Shown here: one piece after another, positions 46,550 through 56,231 of the stretch
How positions within the stretch are numbered: the stretch's first letter is position 1
How the letters are laid out: each line of letters starts with the position of its first letter
Source of the DNA: Myxococcota bacterium
Lineage (GTDB): Bacteria > Myxococcota_A > UBA9042 > PHBI01 > JAWLBL01
Direction of reading: 5' to 3'
Assembly (NCBI GenBank): GCA_041687695.1
Contig: JAWLBL010000026.1
Coordinates: 32,001 to 96,000 of the forward strand
Length of the DNA stretch: 64,000 nucleotides
Made by a program: the position numbers and the translations under genes
Notes under the pieces: model-generated
Databases searched by the model: none
The model's input: only the letters and a program-made list of their open reading frames with translations
Told to the model about the DNA's origin: nothing

Positions 46550-47359
46550 ATGCGCATCGTCTCCTGGAACGTCAACGGTCTGCGCGCCTGCGCCAAGAAG
46601 GGCTTCTGCGGCTGGCTCACCGCCAGCGAGGCCGATCTGGTCTGCGTGCAAGAGGTCCGGTCCCGCGAGGATCAGCTGCCCCCCGAGGTCTGCGGCCCCG
46701 ACGGCTGGCACACCCACTTCGTCGCCGCCGACAAGGCCGGCTACTCGGGCGTCGGCCTGTTCTCGCGCCGCGCGCCCGACGCGGTCACGACGACCCTGGG
46801 CGAGGACCGCTTCGACACCGAAGGCCGCGTGCAGATCGCGCGCTTCGGCCAGCTGGTCGTCGCCAACGTCTACTTCCCCAACGGCAACGGGACGCCGCTG
46901 CCCGGCGGCAAGCGCTCGAACGACCGCATCCCGTACAAGCTGGCCTTCTACGAGGCCCTGTTCGACCAGCTCGAGCCCGAGCGCGCGGCCGGCGCGCCCA
47001 TCCTGGTGCTGGGCGACTTCAACACGGCGCCCGCCGCCATCGACCTGGCGCGCCCCAAGCAGAACCTGGGCACCAGCGGCTTCACGCCCGAGGAGACCGA
47101 GCACCTGGCCGGGATCCTGGGCCGCGGCTGGACCGACACCTTCCGCCACTTCCACCCGGGGGCCGAGGGCCACTACACCTGGTGGAGCCAGCGCTTCGGC
47201 ATCCGCGAGAAGAACATCGGCTGGCGCATCGACCTGGTCGTCGCCTCGCCCGGCGCCCTGCCGTTCGTCAAGGGCGCCTTCATCCACCCGCACGTCAAGG
47301 GCTCCGACCACTGCCCGCTGGGGGTGGACGTCGACCCGGCCATCTGCGGCCCCGCCTGA
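46550..47359 (+). CDS. xth: exodeoxyribonuclease III
   Basis: MRIVSWNVNGLRA, VCVQE, GYSGV, NVYFPNG, GDFN, YTWWS, GWRID, GSDHCP. Confidence 0.95.
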   Translation: MRIVSWNVNGLRACAKKGFCGWLTASEADLVCVQEVRSREDQLPPEVCGPDGWHTHFVAADKAGYSGVGLFSRRAPDAVTTTLGEDRFDTEGRVQIARFGQLVVANVYFPNGNGTPLPGGKRSNDRIPYKLAFYEALFDQLEPERAAGAPILVLGDFNTAPAAIDLARPKQNLGTSGFTPEETEHLAGILGRGWTDTFRHFHPGAEGHYTWWSQRFGIREKNIGWRIDLVVASPGALPFVKGAFIHPHVKGSDHCPLGVDVDPAICGPA

Positions 47360-47395
47360 GCGGGGCACCGCAGACGGCCGCGACCGATCATCGGA

Positions 47396-47698
47396 TCAGT
47401 AGGTCGGCGCCGGCTTCTTGACGTTGGCGCCGCCGACCTTCGACACGGGCAGGCCGTAGGCCTTGGACGGCTCGACGACCATGTACTCGTTGTCGCTGTA
47501 GCTGCCCACGACGCCCTCGAGGTAGTCGCGCAGCTGCGGGACGGCCGAGGCCTCCCAGATGCAGGTCGCCGCGGTGCCGTCGCCGTTGGGGTACGAGCCG
47601 TGCATCACCATGCCGTTCGGAACGTTCGGCAGCTCGCGCTCCGCGGTGCTCCAGAAGGCGTTCGGGTCCGAGATGCGGTGGTTGACGACGATGTACAT
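47396..47698 (-). CDS. small hypothetical protein (possibly dimeric alpha/beta-barrel fold)
   Basis: 100-aa ORF with GAGGA RBS; VVNHRISDPNAFW...ATCIWEA. Confidence 0.65.
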   Translation of the reverse strand: MYIVVNHRISDPNAFWSTAERELPNVPNGMVMHGSYPNGDGTAATCIWEASAVPQLRDYLEGVVGSYSDNEYMVVEPSKAYGLPVSKVGGANVKKPAPTY

Positions 47699-47906
47699 GC
47701 GTGTGTCCTCGTGTGTTGGACGGACGGGGGCCGGGCTGCGCGCTCGCGCCGCCTCGAAGCTCCCGCCCCGCTTTGGGAATGCGCGGACTCTGCCACGGCG
47801 TCCGCGCAGGACAACCTGGGGGGCCCATTCCGGCGTCGCGGCGCGAAGAACCGTTACACGTCGAGGACTTGCCGGCGACGCGGCGTCACCGGCCGGGCGC
47901 GCGCCG

Positions 47907-50015
47907 TCACGGGCAGGGCGTCCCCGGGGCGGCCGGCGCGGGGACGATCGCGACCCCGTCCCGCAGGAAGCTGGCGAAGAAGCAGCCGTACTGGTAGCGG
48001 ACCTCTTCCAGGTCCGTGAAGATGTCGTGCGGATCGTTCTTGCCGTCGCCTTCGTACTGCACGACCACGCCGGTGTAGGGCGCGTCGTCCAGCGAGGTCA
48101 GGTTCTGGCTGACCGGATAGGGCTGCAGGCCGTCCAGACCGGCCAGCGCCAACGCCTGTTGCATGGATGGCCAGACCGTGTCGCCGGCCTGCTGGTGGCC
48201 GTACGCCAGGGCCATCGCGTCGAACAGCGGCGTCGGGAAGTAGCTGTCGTCCTTGCCCACCGGCTCGTAGACGGGGCGCACGGGGTGGCCCGGCAGCGGC
48301 CGGCGGGCCAGGCGCGGCATGAAGACCATCGGCTCGGCGTCCTCCCAGGCGGTCTGCAGCGTGTGCAGGACCGGGTGGAACAGGCTCAGCGGCGCCTCGG
48401 TCCCCAGCATGAGCGACAGCAGCGGCGGGATGTCGAGGAGGTCGGTGACGATGGCGAAGTGGCTCCAGTAGCCGCCGGCGCCGGTCGGGACCAGGGCCTC
48501 GAGCCGCGGCTCGACCGCGCCCACCAGGTTCGTGTACATGCCCCCCATCGACTGCCCCATCGCGACCACCGGGTCCGCCCGGAAACGGAAGGCGTCCTCG
48601 CCCTCGGGCAGCGTCGGGCCGTCGCAGCCGGCCAGGGCCGCGGGCGGGATCTGCAGACGCAGCAAGGCCTCGAGGTACAGGCGCTGCTCGATGACGCCCT
48701 GGCGGAAGGTGTCGCGGAAGGCGGCCAGGTTCGCGAAGTTCAGGTAGGCGATGGCCGAGGCGCCGGGGACCCGCTCGGGGTTGACCGGGTGGGCGCTGCC
48801 GGCCGTGCCGAAGCCGTGCTGGGCCAGGACGTGCGCCGGGCCCAGGCCCTTCGTCTCGTTGCCCTGGGCGTCGTCGGGGCCGCGGTCGACCACCTGGGTC
48901 GCCAGGCCGCCCGACCCGTGGAAGTACAGGACCAGCGGATAGCCGCCGGCCGGCATCGGGGCGCGCGGGACGGTGACGACCACCGGGATGGTCTCGCTGC
49001 GTTGCACAATGGGCGCGCCCTGGGCGTCGAGTTCGAACAGGCCCTCGCTGTCGAAGGGGGCGACGCCGCGCTGGAACTGGGGCAGCGTGAGGGTGCCGTG
49101 CAGCTCGCAGAAGCGCTCGTGATCGGCGCCGTCGTCGGGATCGAGGGCCAGGTCCGCGAGATCGACGTCGTGGGCGGCCAGGACGCCTTCGGACAGCTCG
49201 GCCAGCCGGCGCACGGGGTCGCCGGTGGTGAAGACGGTGGCGGCGGCGACGTCGGCGGGGGCGAGGTCCAGCAGGGCCAGCGCGTCGCGCAGGGGCGCGT
49301 AGAGGGCGGCGGCGGCCTGCCCGCGGGGGCCGGCGGGGGCGTGGCCGTGCAAGAGGGCGGCCAGGGCGTCGGGTTGGCCGAGAGGCTGGCCCTGGGCGTC
49401 GTTCAGGCTGCGGCGGACGACGAGGGCGTAGGTGGTCTCGGGGGCGAGCACGAAGCCGGGGCGCGGGGCGATGGCCAGGACGTCGGGGGGCGTGTAGGGG
49501 TCGGGCTCGAGGGTGAGGGCGATCAGCGGGACCAGGGCGCCGCGGGCTGGCGAGTCGGGGTCGACGTCGACCAGCAGGAGCGGGGACTGGGCGTCGGCCG
49601 GGATGACCTGGGACGGGTCGCGGGGGGCCAGGGGGGCGTCGAAGCGGAACCAGGCGACCGGGGTCATGGGGAAGCCGGGATGCTGCATTGCAGCAGCGGC
49701 GAGGTTGGCCAGGAGATCGAGCTGGTTGGGGTTGGGCAGGCCGGAGAGGTCGGGGGTGCCCTGGGCGGTCAGGCGCAGGTCGGACGGGTAGGGGAAGTCG
49801 AAGAAGGTCTCTGGGGTGCGCCAGTCGCCCGAGAGGTCGAAGGCGGCCTGGGTGCCGGGGAAGCCGACCGGGACCTCGACGTCGGTCGCGTCGGGCTGGG
49901 CGATGTCCTTGAGAGCTTCGGCGTCGGCCACGTCGGGACGCGCGGCGGGGTCGGGGTCGGGGTCGCCGCAGGCGGAGGCGAGCAGCAGCGACAGGGCGAG
50001 GGTTGCGGCTCTCAC
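47907..50015 (-). CDS. alpha/beta-hydrolase lipoprotein with N-terminal Ig-like/lipase-N region
   Basis: Lipobox ASAC; FFDFPYPSD, LVLYFHGSGG, nucleophile GQSMGG, C-terminal His; GTGA overlap with the upstream gene. Confidence 0.78.
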   Translation of the reverse strand: MRAATLALSLLLASACGDPDPDPAARPDVADAEALKDIAQPDATDVEVPVGFPGTQAAFDLSGDWRTPETFFDFPYPSDLRLTAQGTPDLSGLPNPNQLDLLANLAAAAMQHPGFPMTPVAWFRFDAPLAPRDPSQVIPADAQSPLLLVDVDPDSPARGALVPLIALTLEPDPYTPPDVLAIAPRPGFVLAPETTYALVVRRSLNDAQGQPLGQPDALAALLHGHAPAGPRGQAAAALYAPLRDALALLDLAPADVAAATVFTTGDPVRRLAELSEGVLAAHDVDLADLALDPDDGADHERFCELHGTLTLPQFQRGVAPFDSEGLFELDAQGAPIVQRSETIPVVVTVPRAPMPAGGYPLVLYFHGSGGLATQVVDRGPDDAQGNETKGLGPAHVLAQHGFGTAGSAHPVNPERVPGASAIAYLNFANLAAFRDTFRQGVIEQRLYLEALLRLQIPPAALAGCDGPTLPEGEDAFRFRADPVVAMGQSMGGMYTNLVGAVEPRLEALVPTGAGGYWSHFAIVTDLLDIPPLLSLMLGTEAPLSLFHPVLHTLQTAWEDAEPMVFMPRLARRPLPGHPVRPVYEPVGKDDSYFPTPLFDAMALAYGHQQAGDTVWPSMQQALALAGLDGLQPYPVSQNLTSLDDAPYTGVVVQYEGDGKNDPHDIFTDLEEVRYQYGCFFASFLRDGVAIVPAPAAPGTPCP

Positions 50016-50665
50016 GCGGGGCTCCGGGGGTGGACGTCGAAGACGAGCGGGGGATTGACGGGGCGGTAGCGGACGTCGAGCGAGGCGGCGTTGGCCAGGG
50101 TGGTCGGGCCGAGCGTGGTCGTCCCGTAGCCCTCGTGGATGTGGCCGAAGACGTGGAGCTGGGGCTGGACGCGGCGGACGGCCTCGAGGAGATCGTCGCA
50201 GCCCTCGTGGCGGCCGTCCCAGCAGCGGTCGCCGTGACCGCGGGGCGGACCGTGGGTGATCAGCACGTCGGTGTCGGCGGGGATGAGGGCCCAGCGCTCG
50301 GCCAGCGGGGCGCCGCGGGGCAGGTTGAAGGCCCAGGCCATGAACTCGGGCTGCCAGGGGCTGCCCCAGAAGTGGACGCCGTCCAGGGTGACGCCGCTGT
50401 CCTCGAGGTAGTGGACGCCGGCCTCGGCCATGAGGCGCCGGGCGGCGTCGGGCTCGCGCTGGAACGCCCAGTCGTGGTTGCCCGCGACGACGACCTTGTG
50501 ACGGTGCGGCAGGTCGGCCAGCCAGTCGGCGACCTGATGGATCTCGGGCAGCAGCCCTCGGCCGGTCATGTCGCCGCCGTGGACCAGGACGTCGCCGTCG
50601 GGCAGCGCGAGGGCGCCGTGGCGCAGGTGGGTGTCGCTGATGGCGACGATGCGCAGCGGCGGCAT
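50012..50665 (-). CDS. metallophosphoesterase (MPPED/239FB-like)
   Basis: ISDTH, HGGD, AGNHD, ITHGPP, FGHIHE. Confidence 0.9.
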   Translation of the reverse strand: MPPLRIVAISDTHLRHGALALPDGDVLVHGGDMTGRGLLPEIHQVADWLADLPHRHKVVVAGNHDWAFQREPDAARRLMAEAGVHYLEDSGVTLDGVHFWGSPWQPEFMAWAFNLPRGAPLAERWALIPADTDVLITHGPPRGHGDRCWDGRHEGCDDLLEAVRRVQPQLHVFGHIHEGYGTTTLGPTTLANAASLDVRYRPVNPPLVFDVHPRSPA

Positions 50666-51090
50666 CACCACTCCCCCTGGCTGGGGCGCGAGGCCCAGGG
50701 CTCGCGCGGGGGCAGGGCCTCGCCGCGCTGCAGCAGCTCGACCGAGATCTGGTCCGGGCTGCGGACGAAGGCCATGCGGCCGTCGCGCGGCGGGCGCAGG
50801 ATGGTGACGCCGCCCGCCTCGAGGCGCTCGCAGAGGGCGTAGATGTCGTCGACCTCGTAGGCCAGGTGTCCGAAGTTGCGGCCGCCGGGGTAGGGCTCGG
50901 TCTGGTCCCAGTTGTAGGTCAGCTCGACCTGGGCGGCGTCGCCCTCGGCGCCCGTCTCCAGGAAGACCAGGGTGAAGCGGCCCGACTCGCTGTCGCGGCG
51001 GCGCACCTCGCGTAGACCCAGGAGATCGCAGAAGAAGTGCAGGGCCGCGTCGAGGTCGCGCACCCGGATCATGGCGTGGAGAAAGCGCAT
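50665..51090 (-). CDS. gloA: lactoylglutathione lyase (glyoxalase I, VOC family)
   Basis: [37 protein letters not shown]. Confidence 0.88.
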   Translation of the reverse strand: MRFLHAMIRVRDLDAALHFFCDLLGLREVRRRDSESGRFTLVFLETGAEGDAAQVELTYNWDQTEPYPGGRNFGHLAYEVDDIYALCERLEAGGVTILRPPRDGRMAFVRSPDQISVELLQRGEALPPREPWASRPSQGEW

Positions 51091-51251
51091 CGGGGCCTCC
51101 GGCGTCGAGGGAGAGCGCGCCGACCGTGGCATGCGCCCCGGTTCGTGACAAGACGCCGTCGCCGGGCCGCGGCGGTGGGCGGGGCGCGCGTTGCGCGGGC
51201 GCGGGGGCTCGGTTAGGCTCGGCGGACCTGACCGCGTGGGGTTTCGCCGAG

Positions 51252-53168
51252 TTGGCCGACTTGTTGCTCATCGCCGTGCTCGTCCTGCTGGGGGCCTCGC
51301 TGATCGTGGGGCGGCTGGTGGGGCGGGGGCTGGCGCGCGGCCTGCGGGTCGCGCCGGGGCGCGGGCGAGAGGTCATGCCCGGGCTGCCCAGCCACGGCGA
51401 GGAGGCGACCGGCCGGGCGGCGGTGCGCTTCGACCGCGCGGTCGAGCGGATCGAGGCCCGCCTCATGCGGCTGCCCCCGGCGGAGCTGGGTGAGCTGGAG
51501 GCCGGCGCCCTGGCCGCGCGCTTCGGCGAGCCGCCCGAGGTGGTCGCCGCCGCCCTGGATGACCTCGCCGCGCGCGCCGAGCACCGCCTGCGCGTCACCG
51601 GCCGCGGCCGGCTGCTCTACGGCTTCACCCCCGAGGCTCTGGCCTCCGCCCGCCGCGCCCGCCGCGCCCAGATCCCCGCGCGCCTGGCCCTGCTGGTCCT
51701 CGGCTTGCTCGGCAACCTGGGCGCCGCCTGGCCGCTCCTGGCCACCCTCGGCCTCGCGGCCCTCGCCCTCGCCATCGGCCTGGACGATCTCGACGTCCTG
51801 GTCTGGGCCATGGGCGCCGCCGTCCTCGGCGTCTTCGCCGTCTTCGGCGCCACGCTCGGCCTCGGCGCCCTGCTCGGCTGGCTGCTCGACCCCAGCGCCC
51901 TCGGCCCGCGCCTGTCGCGCCTCGCGGCCGGCACCTCGGCCCCCTCGCGCGACCCGGTCCTGCGCGTCATGGGCGCCATCGCCGGCGGCACCGGACGCCT
52001 GCTCAAGGGCGCCGACGACGCCCGCGCCGCCCTGGTCCTGCTGGTCATCGGCCTGTTCCTCGCGGCCGTCCTCGGCGCCCTCTTCGGCGTCCTCCTGTGG
52101 CTGCGCGGCGTCGTCCGCGCCGTCCTGCGCCGCGACGCGCGCCACCTCGAGGTCTCCCCCGCCGACTGGGTCCACGCCCCGGCCCCGCCCGACCCGCTCG
52201 AGGCCGTCGCCCCCTCCCACGACATCGCCCTGGGCCTGCTCGACGCCGTCACCACCGCCGCCCGCCGCCGCCGCCCGGTCGACCCGGCCCTCGCCGCCCG
52301 CGTCGTCGCCCGCGCCCGCGCCCAGGGCGGCCGCCTGTCCGCCCTCGACCTCGCGCTCGCCGAGGGCTACGACCTCGACGAGGCCATCAGCCTGCTCGCC
52401 CAGCTCAGCGGCCGCGCCGGCGGCGATCTGCAGGTCTCCGAAGCCGGCGACCTCGACTTCACCTGGCCGGCCGACGTCCTCGCCCCCGGCGCCGCCCCGC
52501 CGCCCGTCCGCTTCGAGGCCGTCGCCCGCGCCCCCTCGGCCAGCGTCGCCGCCCGGCGCAAGTCCGTCTGGACCCTGCTCGCCGCCGACCCGGCGATCCG
52601 CGTCAACGTCCCCGGCCTGACCTGGGCCCACCTGCGCGCCGCCGACCGCCTCGCCGCCGGGACCGCGCTCATGGCCGTGGTCGCGGCCGGCGTCCTCGCC
52701 GTCGACACCCCGCTCACCGCCGGCCAGGCCGCGCTGCTCCTGGTCCCGGCGGTCCTCAACCTGGGCGCCGTCGCCCTGGCCGCCGCGGCCCGCTACGTCG
52801 CCCGCGTCGCCGCCGGCCAGGGTGTCCTGCGCGATCTCCGCCGCGCGGCCGTCCAGGCCGTCGCCTTCCAGCTGCAGGCGGGCGGCACCGACTTCGCCCC
52901 CGCCGCCGCCGCCGCCGAGCTGCACGCCACGCTCGCCCCGGCCTGGCCCGGCCTCACGGAAGCCGACGTCACCGCCGAGCTCGACGCCGTCGCGCTCGAC
53001 CTCGGCCTCGACCTCGACCTCGACGGCACGGCCGAGCACGGCACGCCCCTGTTCCCGCTCGCCCCGCTGCGCGAGCGGCTGGCCTCCCTCGACGCCCTGC
53101 GCTCCCTCACCACCGACGCCGGCGCCGCCCACGGGGCCGACGTCGTCGTCTTCGACTCGGCCGCTTGA
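51252..53168 (+). CDS. hypothetical membrane protein with repeated helix/hairpin modules
   Basis: Several TM blocks; TTG start at 51252 downstream of TTGCGC-17-TAGGCT (51191-51219); TGATG coupling to the next gene. Confidence 0.65.
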   Translation: MADLLLIAVLVLLGASLIVGRLVGRGLARGLRVAPGRGREVMPGLPSHGEEATGRAAVRFDRAVERIEARLMRLPPAELGELEAGALAARFGEPPEVVAAALDDLAARAEHRLRVTGRGRLLYGFTPEALASARRARRAQIPARLALLVLGLLGNLGAAWPLLATLGLAALALAIGLDDLDVLVWAMGAAVLGVFAVFGATLGLGALLGWLLDPSALGPRLSRLAAGTSAPSRDPVLRVMGAIAGGTGRLLKGADDARAALVLLVIGLFLAAVLGALFGVLLWLRGVVRAVLRRDARHLEVSPADWVHAPAPPDPLEAVAPSHDIALGLLDAVTTAARRRRPVDPALAARVVARARAQGGRLSALDLALAEGYDLDEAISLLAQLSGRAGGDLQVSEAGDLDFTWPADVLAPGAAPPPVRFEAVARAPSASVAARRKSVWTLLAADPAIRVNVPGLTWAHLRAADRLAAGTALMAVVAAGVLAVDTPLTAGQAALLLVPAVLNLGAVALAAAARYVARVAAGQGVLRDLRRAAVQAVAFQLQAGGTDFAPAAAAAELHATLAPAWPGLTEADVTAELDAVALDLGLDLDLDGTAEHGTPLFPLAPLRERLASLDALRSLTTDAGAAHGADVVVFDSAA

Positions 53169-55405
53169 TGTCGCACCTGCTCGCCCTGCTCCTCGGCGCC
53201 TTCGCCCTCGCCAGCCCCGCCACCCCGAAGGCCGAGCCCGCCGTCTGGGAGCCCGGCCGCTTCTACGCCTCGCCCGTCGGCGAGGTGCGCTGGCTCGCCG
53301 CCAGCGGGCGCCTGCTGCTGATGAGCGATCTGCGCCACGGCGTCGCCGCCGTCGAGGAGGCCACCGGCCGCGTCGTCTGGACCCACACTGCGGCGGGCGG
53401 CCGCCTCGACCGCGTCTGGCACGTCGCCGACAAGCTGGTCCTCGCCGGGGTCGACCTCGAGGTCCTGAGCCGCGACACCGGCGCCATCCTGTGGGCGCGT
53501 CCGCTGGGCTGCGCGACCGGCGGCGTCTGCGCGGGCCGCGTGCACCACGCCGACGGAGACGGCGTCCTGGTCGCCGGCGCGGGCCCCGTCCACACCCGCC
53601 TCGAGCGTCTGCGCCTGGCCGACGGCCGCGCGCTGTGGGAGACGCCGGCCGCCGTCCGGCACCCGCGCGAGGCGGGCGTCGCCGGCCAGACGGTCGTGTC
53701 GCAGGACGCCAACGCGCCGTTCACGGTGCGCTTCTTCGATCTCCAGACCGGCCGCCCCACCGGCGAGTGGGGCTGGACCGTCGGCGGCCAGCCGCGTCCG
53801 CCGCGCCACCTCGCGCTGCACCACAGCGGGCGGGTGGTTGCGACGGATCTGCAGACGCCCGACGGGGCCCTGGCGCACTTCGTCTTCCTGAGCGCGGCCG
53901 GACAGGCGGCCGAGGCGCGCACGCTGGCGCCGCTCGAAGGCCTGCCGCCCCGGGCCACCTTCGCCCGCGTCGCCGGGCGCCTGGCGCTGCTGGCCGTCCC
54001 CGAGCCGGACGGCGCCGCGACGCGCCTGGTCCGGCACGTGCTGGACGGCGCCGAGCCGCCGACGGCCGAGCGCTTCGGCGCGCTGGCCGAGCCGCTGGTG
54101 CTGGGCGACCGCGCGGTGGTCTGGGGCCACGACGGGGCGGCGGCGGTTCTGCGCGGCTACGACGGCGTCACGGGCGACCGGGCCTGGGAGCTGCGCTTCG
54201 AGGGGGCGCAGCGCGCGGTCGAGCTGCTCGACGGGCGCGGCGCCGTGGTCGCGACCCTGGGCGGCCGGCGCGGCGGCTTCGTCACCGTGCTGCCCGGCGA
54301 CGGGACGCTGCAGGCGGCCGGGGTGCGCGACGAGGCGCGGCCCATCGCGGCGGCGCTGCAGGCCAGCGAGTCGCTGTACCTGGCGTCGGGGCGCGGCGTG
54401 CAGGTCCACAGGCTGCGCCGGCTGGCCGACATCGAGCGGCTGCAGGCCGAGGCCCTCGAGCAGGGGCGGCTGGACGAGGGGGCGGCGCTGTGGGCGGGCG
54501 CGGCGCTGCTGACGGGCCGCGCCGAGGGCGTCACCCGCATGCGCCGGGCGCTGGCGGGGGCGCGCGCGGCCGAGCTGAGGACGCTGGCGGCGCGGCGCGA
54601 GCGCGCTGGGGCGCTGGGCGGGCTGCCGTGGATGCTGGGTGAGGGCGAGGACCCGGGGCTGCCGGATCTGGCGGCGGCGGCGCCGCACCTGGCGCTGCTG
54701 CTGGGGGACCTCATCCTGGGGGTGCGGCGGGTCCATCCGTCCGAGGGGCAGCTGCTGGGCCCCATCGCCGACCAGGTCGGCCGGCTGGTGGCGCGACACA
54801 CCCAAGCGCTGACGCCGGGCGGCGCTTGGGCGGCCGCGACCGCCGACCTGCAGATGTTGGTCCACGCGCTGGCCGGGGCGCTGGCCCACGCGCGCCTGCC
54901 CGAGACGGCCGCGACCCTGACCGGGCGCTGGCTGGGTGACGCGCGCCAGAACGACCCCGGCAGCCGCGCGCTGCACCGGGCGCTGGCCATCGCCGCGCTC
55001 GAGGACAACCTGCGCGCCACCACGCGCGCGCTGACGGGCCGCGACCCCATCGCCCGGCGCGAGGCGCTGGAGGACCTGGAGACCTTCCCGCACGCCGCGG
55101 CGGCGCTGGGTGACGGCGCGTGGCTGGCCGAGCGGACGCGAGCCCTGGCCGAGCTGGACGACGCGACGGCCCGGCGGGGCGCCGCGGCGCTCAAGCGCGA
55201 CGTCTCGGGCCGGCTGCGCGAGGCGCGGGCCGAGATCGGCCGCGGGCTGGGCGAGGCCGGGTGCCTGGCGGTGTGCCGCGCGATGGCGCAGGGGTGCCAG
55301 GCGACCTGCCGCGGCGGCGCCTGCGCGGCGGCCCAGGCCAAGTGCGAGCGGCCGTGCCGGGGCTCGGGGCAGCCGGCGTGGAAGGTGTCGGGCTGCGGGC
55401 GCTGA
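53168..55405 (+). CDS. exported PQQ-like/BamB-type beta-propeller protein with helical C-terminus and Cys-rich tail
   Basis: Signal peptide; repeats ATGRVVW, DTGAILW, ADGRALW, VTGDRAW; C-terminal Cys cluster. Confidence 0.7.
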   Translation: MSHLLALLLGAFALASPATPKAEPAVWEPGRFYASPVGEVRWLAASGRLLLMSDLRHGVAAVEEATGRVVWTHTAAGGRLDRVWHVADKLVLAGVDLEVLSRDTGAILWARPLGCATGGVCAGRVHHADGDGVLVAGAGPVHTRLERLRLADGRALWETPAAVRHPREAGVAGQTVVSQDANAPFTVRFFDLQTGRPTGEWGWTVGGQPRPPRHLALHHSGRVVATDLQTPDGALAHFVFLSAAGQAAEARTLAPLEGLPPRATFARVAGRLALLAVPEPDGAATRLVRHVLDGAEPPTAERFGALAEPLVLGDRAVVWGHDGAAAVLRGYDGVTGDRAWELRFEGAQRAVELLDGRGAVVATLGGRRGGFVTVLPGDGTLQAAGVRDEARPIAAALQASESLYLASGRGVQVHRLRRLADIERLQAEALEQGRLDEGAALWAGAALLTGRAEGVTRMRRALAGARAAELRTLAARRERAGALGGLPWMLGEGEDPGLPDLAAAAPHLALLLGDLILGVRRVHPSEGQLLGPIADQVGRLVARHTQALTPGGAWAAATADLQMLVHALAGALAHARLPETAATLTGRWLGDARQNDPGSRALHRALAIAALEDNLRATTRALTGRDPIARREALEDLETFPHAAAALGDGAWLAERTRALAELDDATARRGAAALKRDVSGRLREARAEIGRGLGEAGCLAVCRAMAQGCQATCRGGACAAAQAKCERPCRGSGQPAWKVSGCGR

Positions 55406-55411
55406 TCCGGG

Positions 55412-56125
55412 TCAGACCCGGTCGGCCAGGGTGTCGAAGCGCTCGACCACGGTGAAGTCGTGGGCGCCCGCCGGCGGGTTGCCGGGGCGCACCGACAGCC
55501 CGACCTGCAGGCCGGCCTCGCGGGCGGCGCGCGCCTCGTCCAGGCTGTCGGTCAGGAACAGGATGGCGCCCGGCTCCTCGTCGATGGCGGCGGCGATGGC
55601 GCGGTAGCTGGCGGCCTCCTTCTTGGGGCCGGTGGTCGTGTCGAAGTGGCCCTGCAGTAACGGCGTGAGATCGCCGGCCTCGGAGTGGCCGAAGAGCAGG
55701 CGCTGCGCCTCGACGCTGCCCGACGAGTAGATGAAGGCCCGCACGCCTCGCGCGGCCCAGACCTCGAGCGCCCGGGGCACGTCCTCGAACACGTGCCCGC
55801 GCAGCGCGCCGCTGGCGTAGCCCTGCCGCCACACCAGCCCCTGCAGCTGCTTGAGGCCGGTCGCCTTGCGGTCCTCGTCCATGAGCCGCAGCGCGAAGCG
55901 CTCGGCCGACTCGGCGGTCGGCGCGTCGTCCGGGGCGTCGGCCTCGGCCCACAGCGTCGCCACGGCGCCCTGGACCTCGGCGTCGTCCCAGCGGTCGCGC
56001 AGCGTGCGGCCCAGCGCCTGGCGCGCGAACGGGAAGAGCACGTCGTAGACGAACGAGATCGAGGTGGTCGTGCCCTCGACGTCCAGCACGACGGCGCGGT
56101 GGGGCTCAAAGCGCGGCTCGGTCAT
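55412..56125 (-). CDS. mtnC: enolase-phosphatase E1 (acireductone synthase, methionine salvage)
   Basis: LDVEGTTTSISFVYDVLFPFA, DRKATGLKQLQG, IYSSGSVEAQ, HFDTTTGPK, LFLTD. Confidence 0.92.
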   Translation of the reverse strand: MTEPRFEPHRAVVLDVEGTTTSISFVYDVLFPFARQALGRTLRDRWDDAEVQGAVATLWAEADAPDDAPTAESAERFALRLMDEDRKATGLKQLQGLVWRQGYASGALRGHVFEDVPRALEVWAARGVRAFIYSSGSVEAQRLLFGHSEAGDLTPLLQGHFDTTTGPKKEAASYRAIAAAIDEEPGAILFLTDSLDEARAAREAGLQVGLSVRPGNPPAGAHDFTVVERFDTLADRV

Positions 56126-56231
56126 GGCGCGGGCTCCGTGGGGAGGGGGAGGGGCCGCGTGATAGCACCGGCGCGCGGGCGGCGGCAACGACGTGGGCTG
56201 GCCGCCGCCGTTGTCCCGCCCCGAGATCGGC

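Noticed and set aside
47780..47795. sigma54 promoter for the 47396-47698 gene (TGGCAGAGTCCGCGCA, minus strand)
   Set aside because: GG-N10-GC spacing is correct, but the TT before GC is missing. Such matches are frequent by chance at this GC content.
55412..56125. Complete methionine salvage operon
   Set aside because: Only mtnC is present. mtnA, mtnB and mtnD are not in the window.
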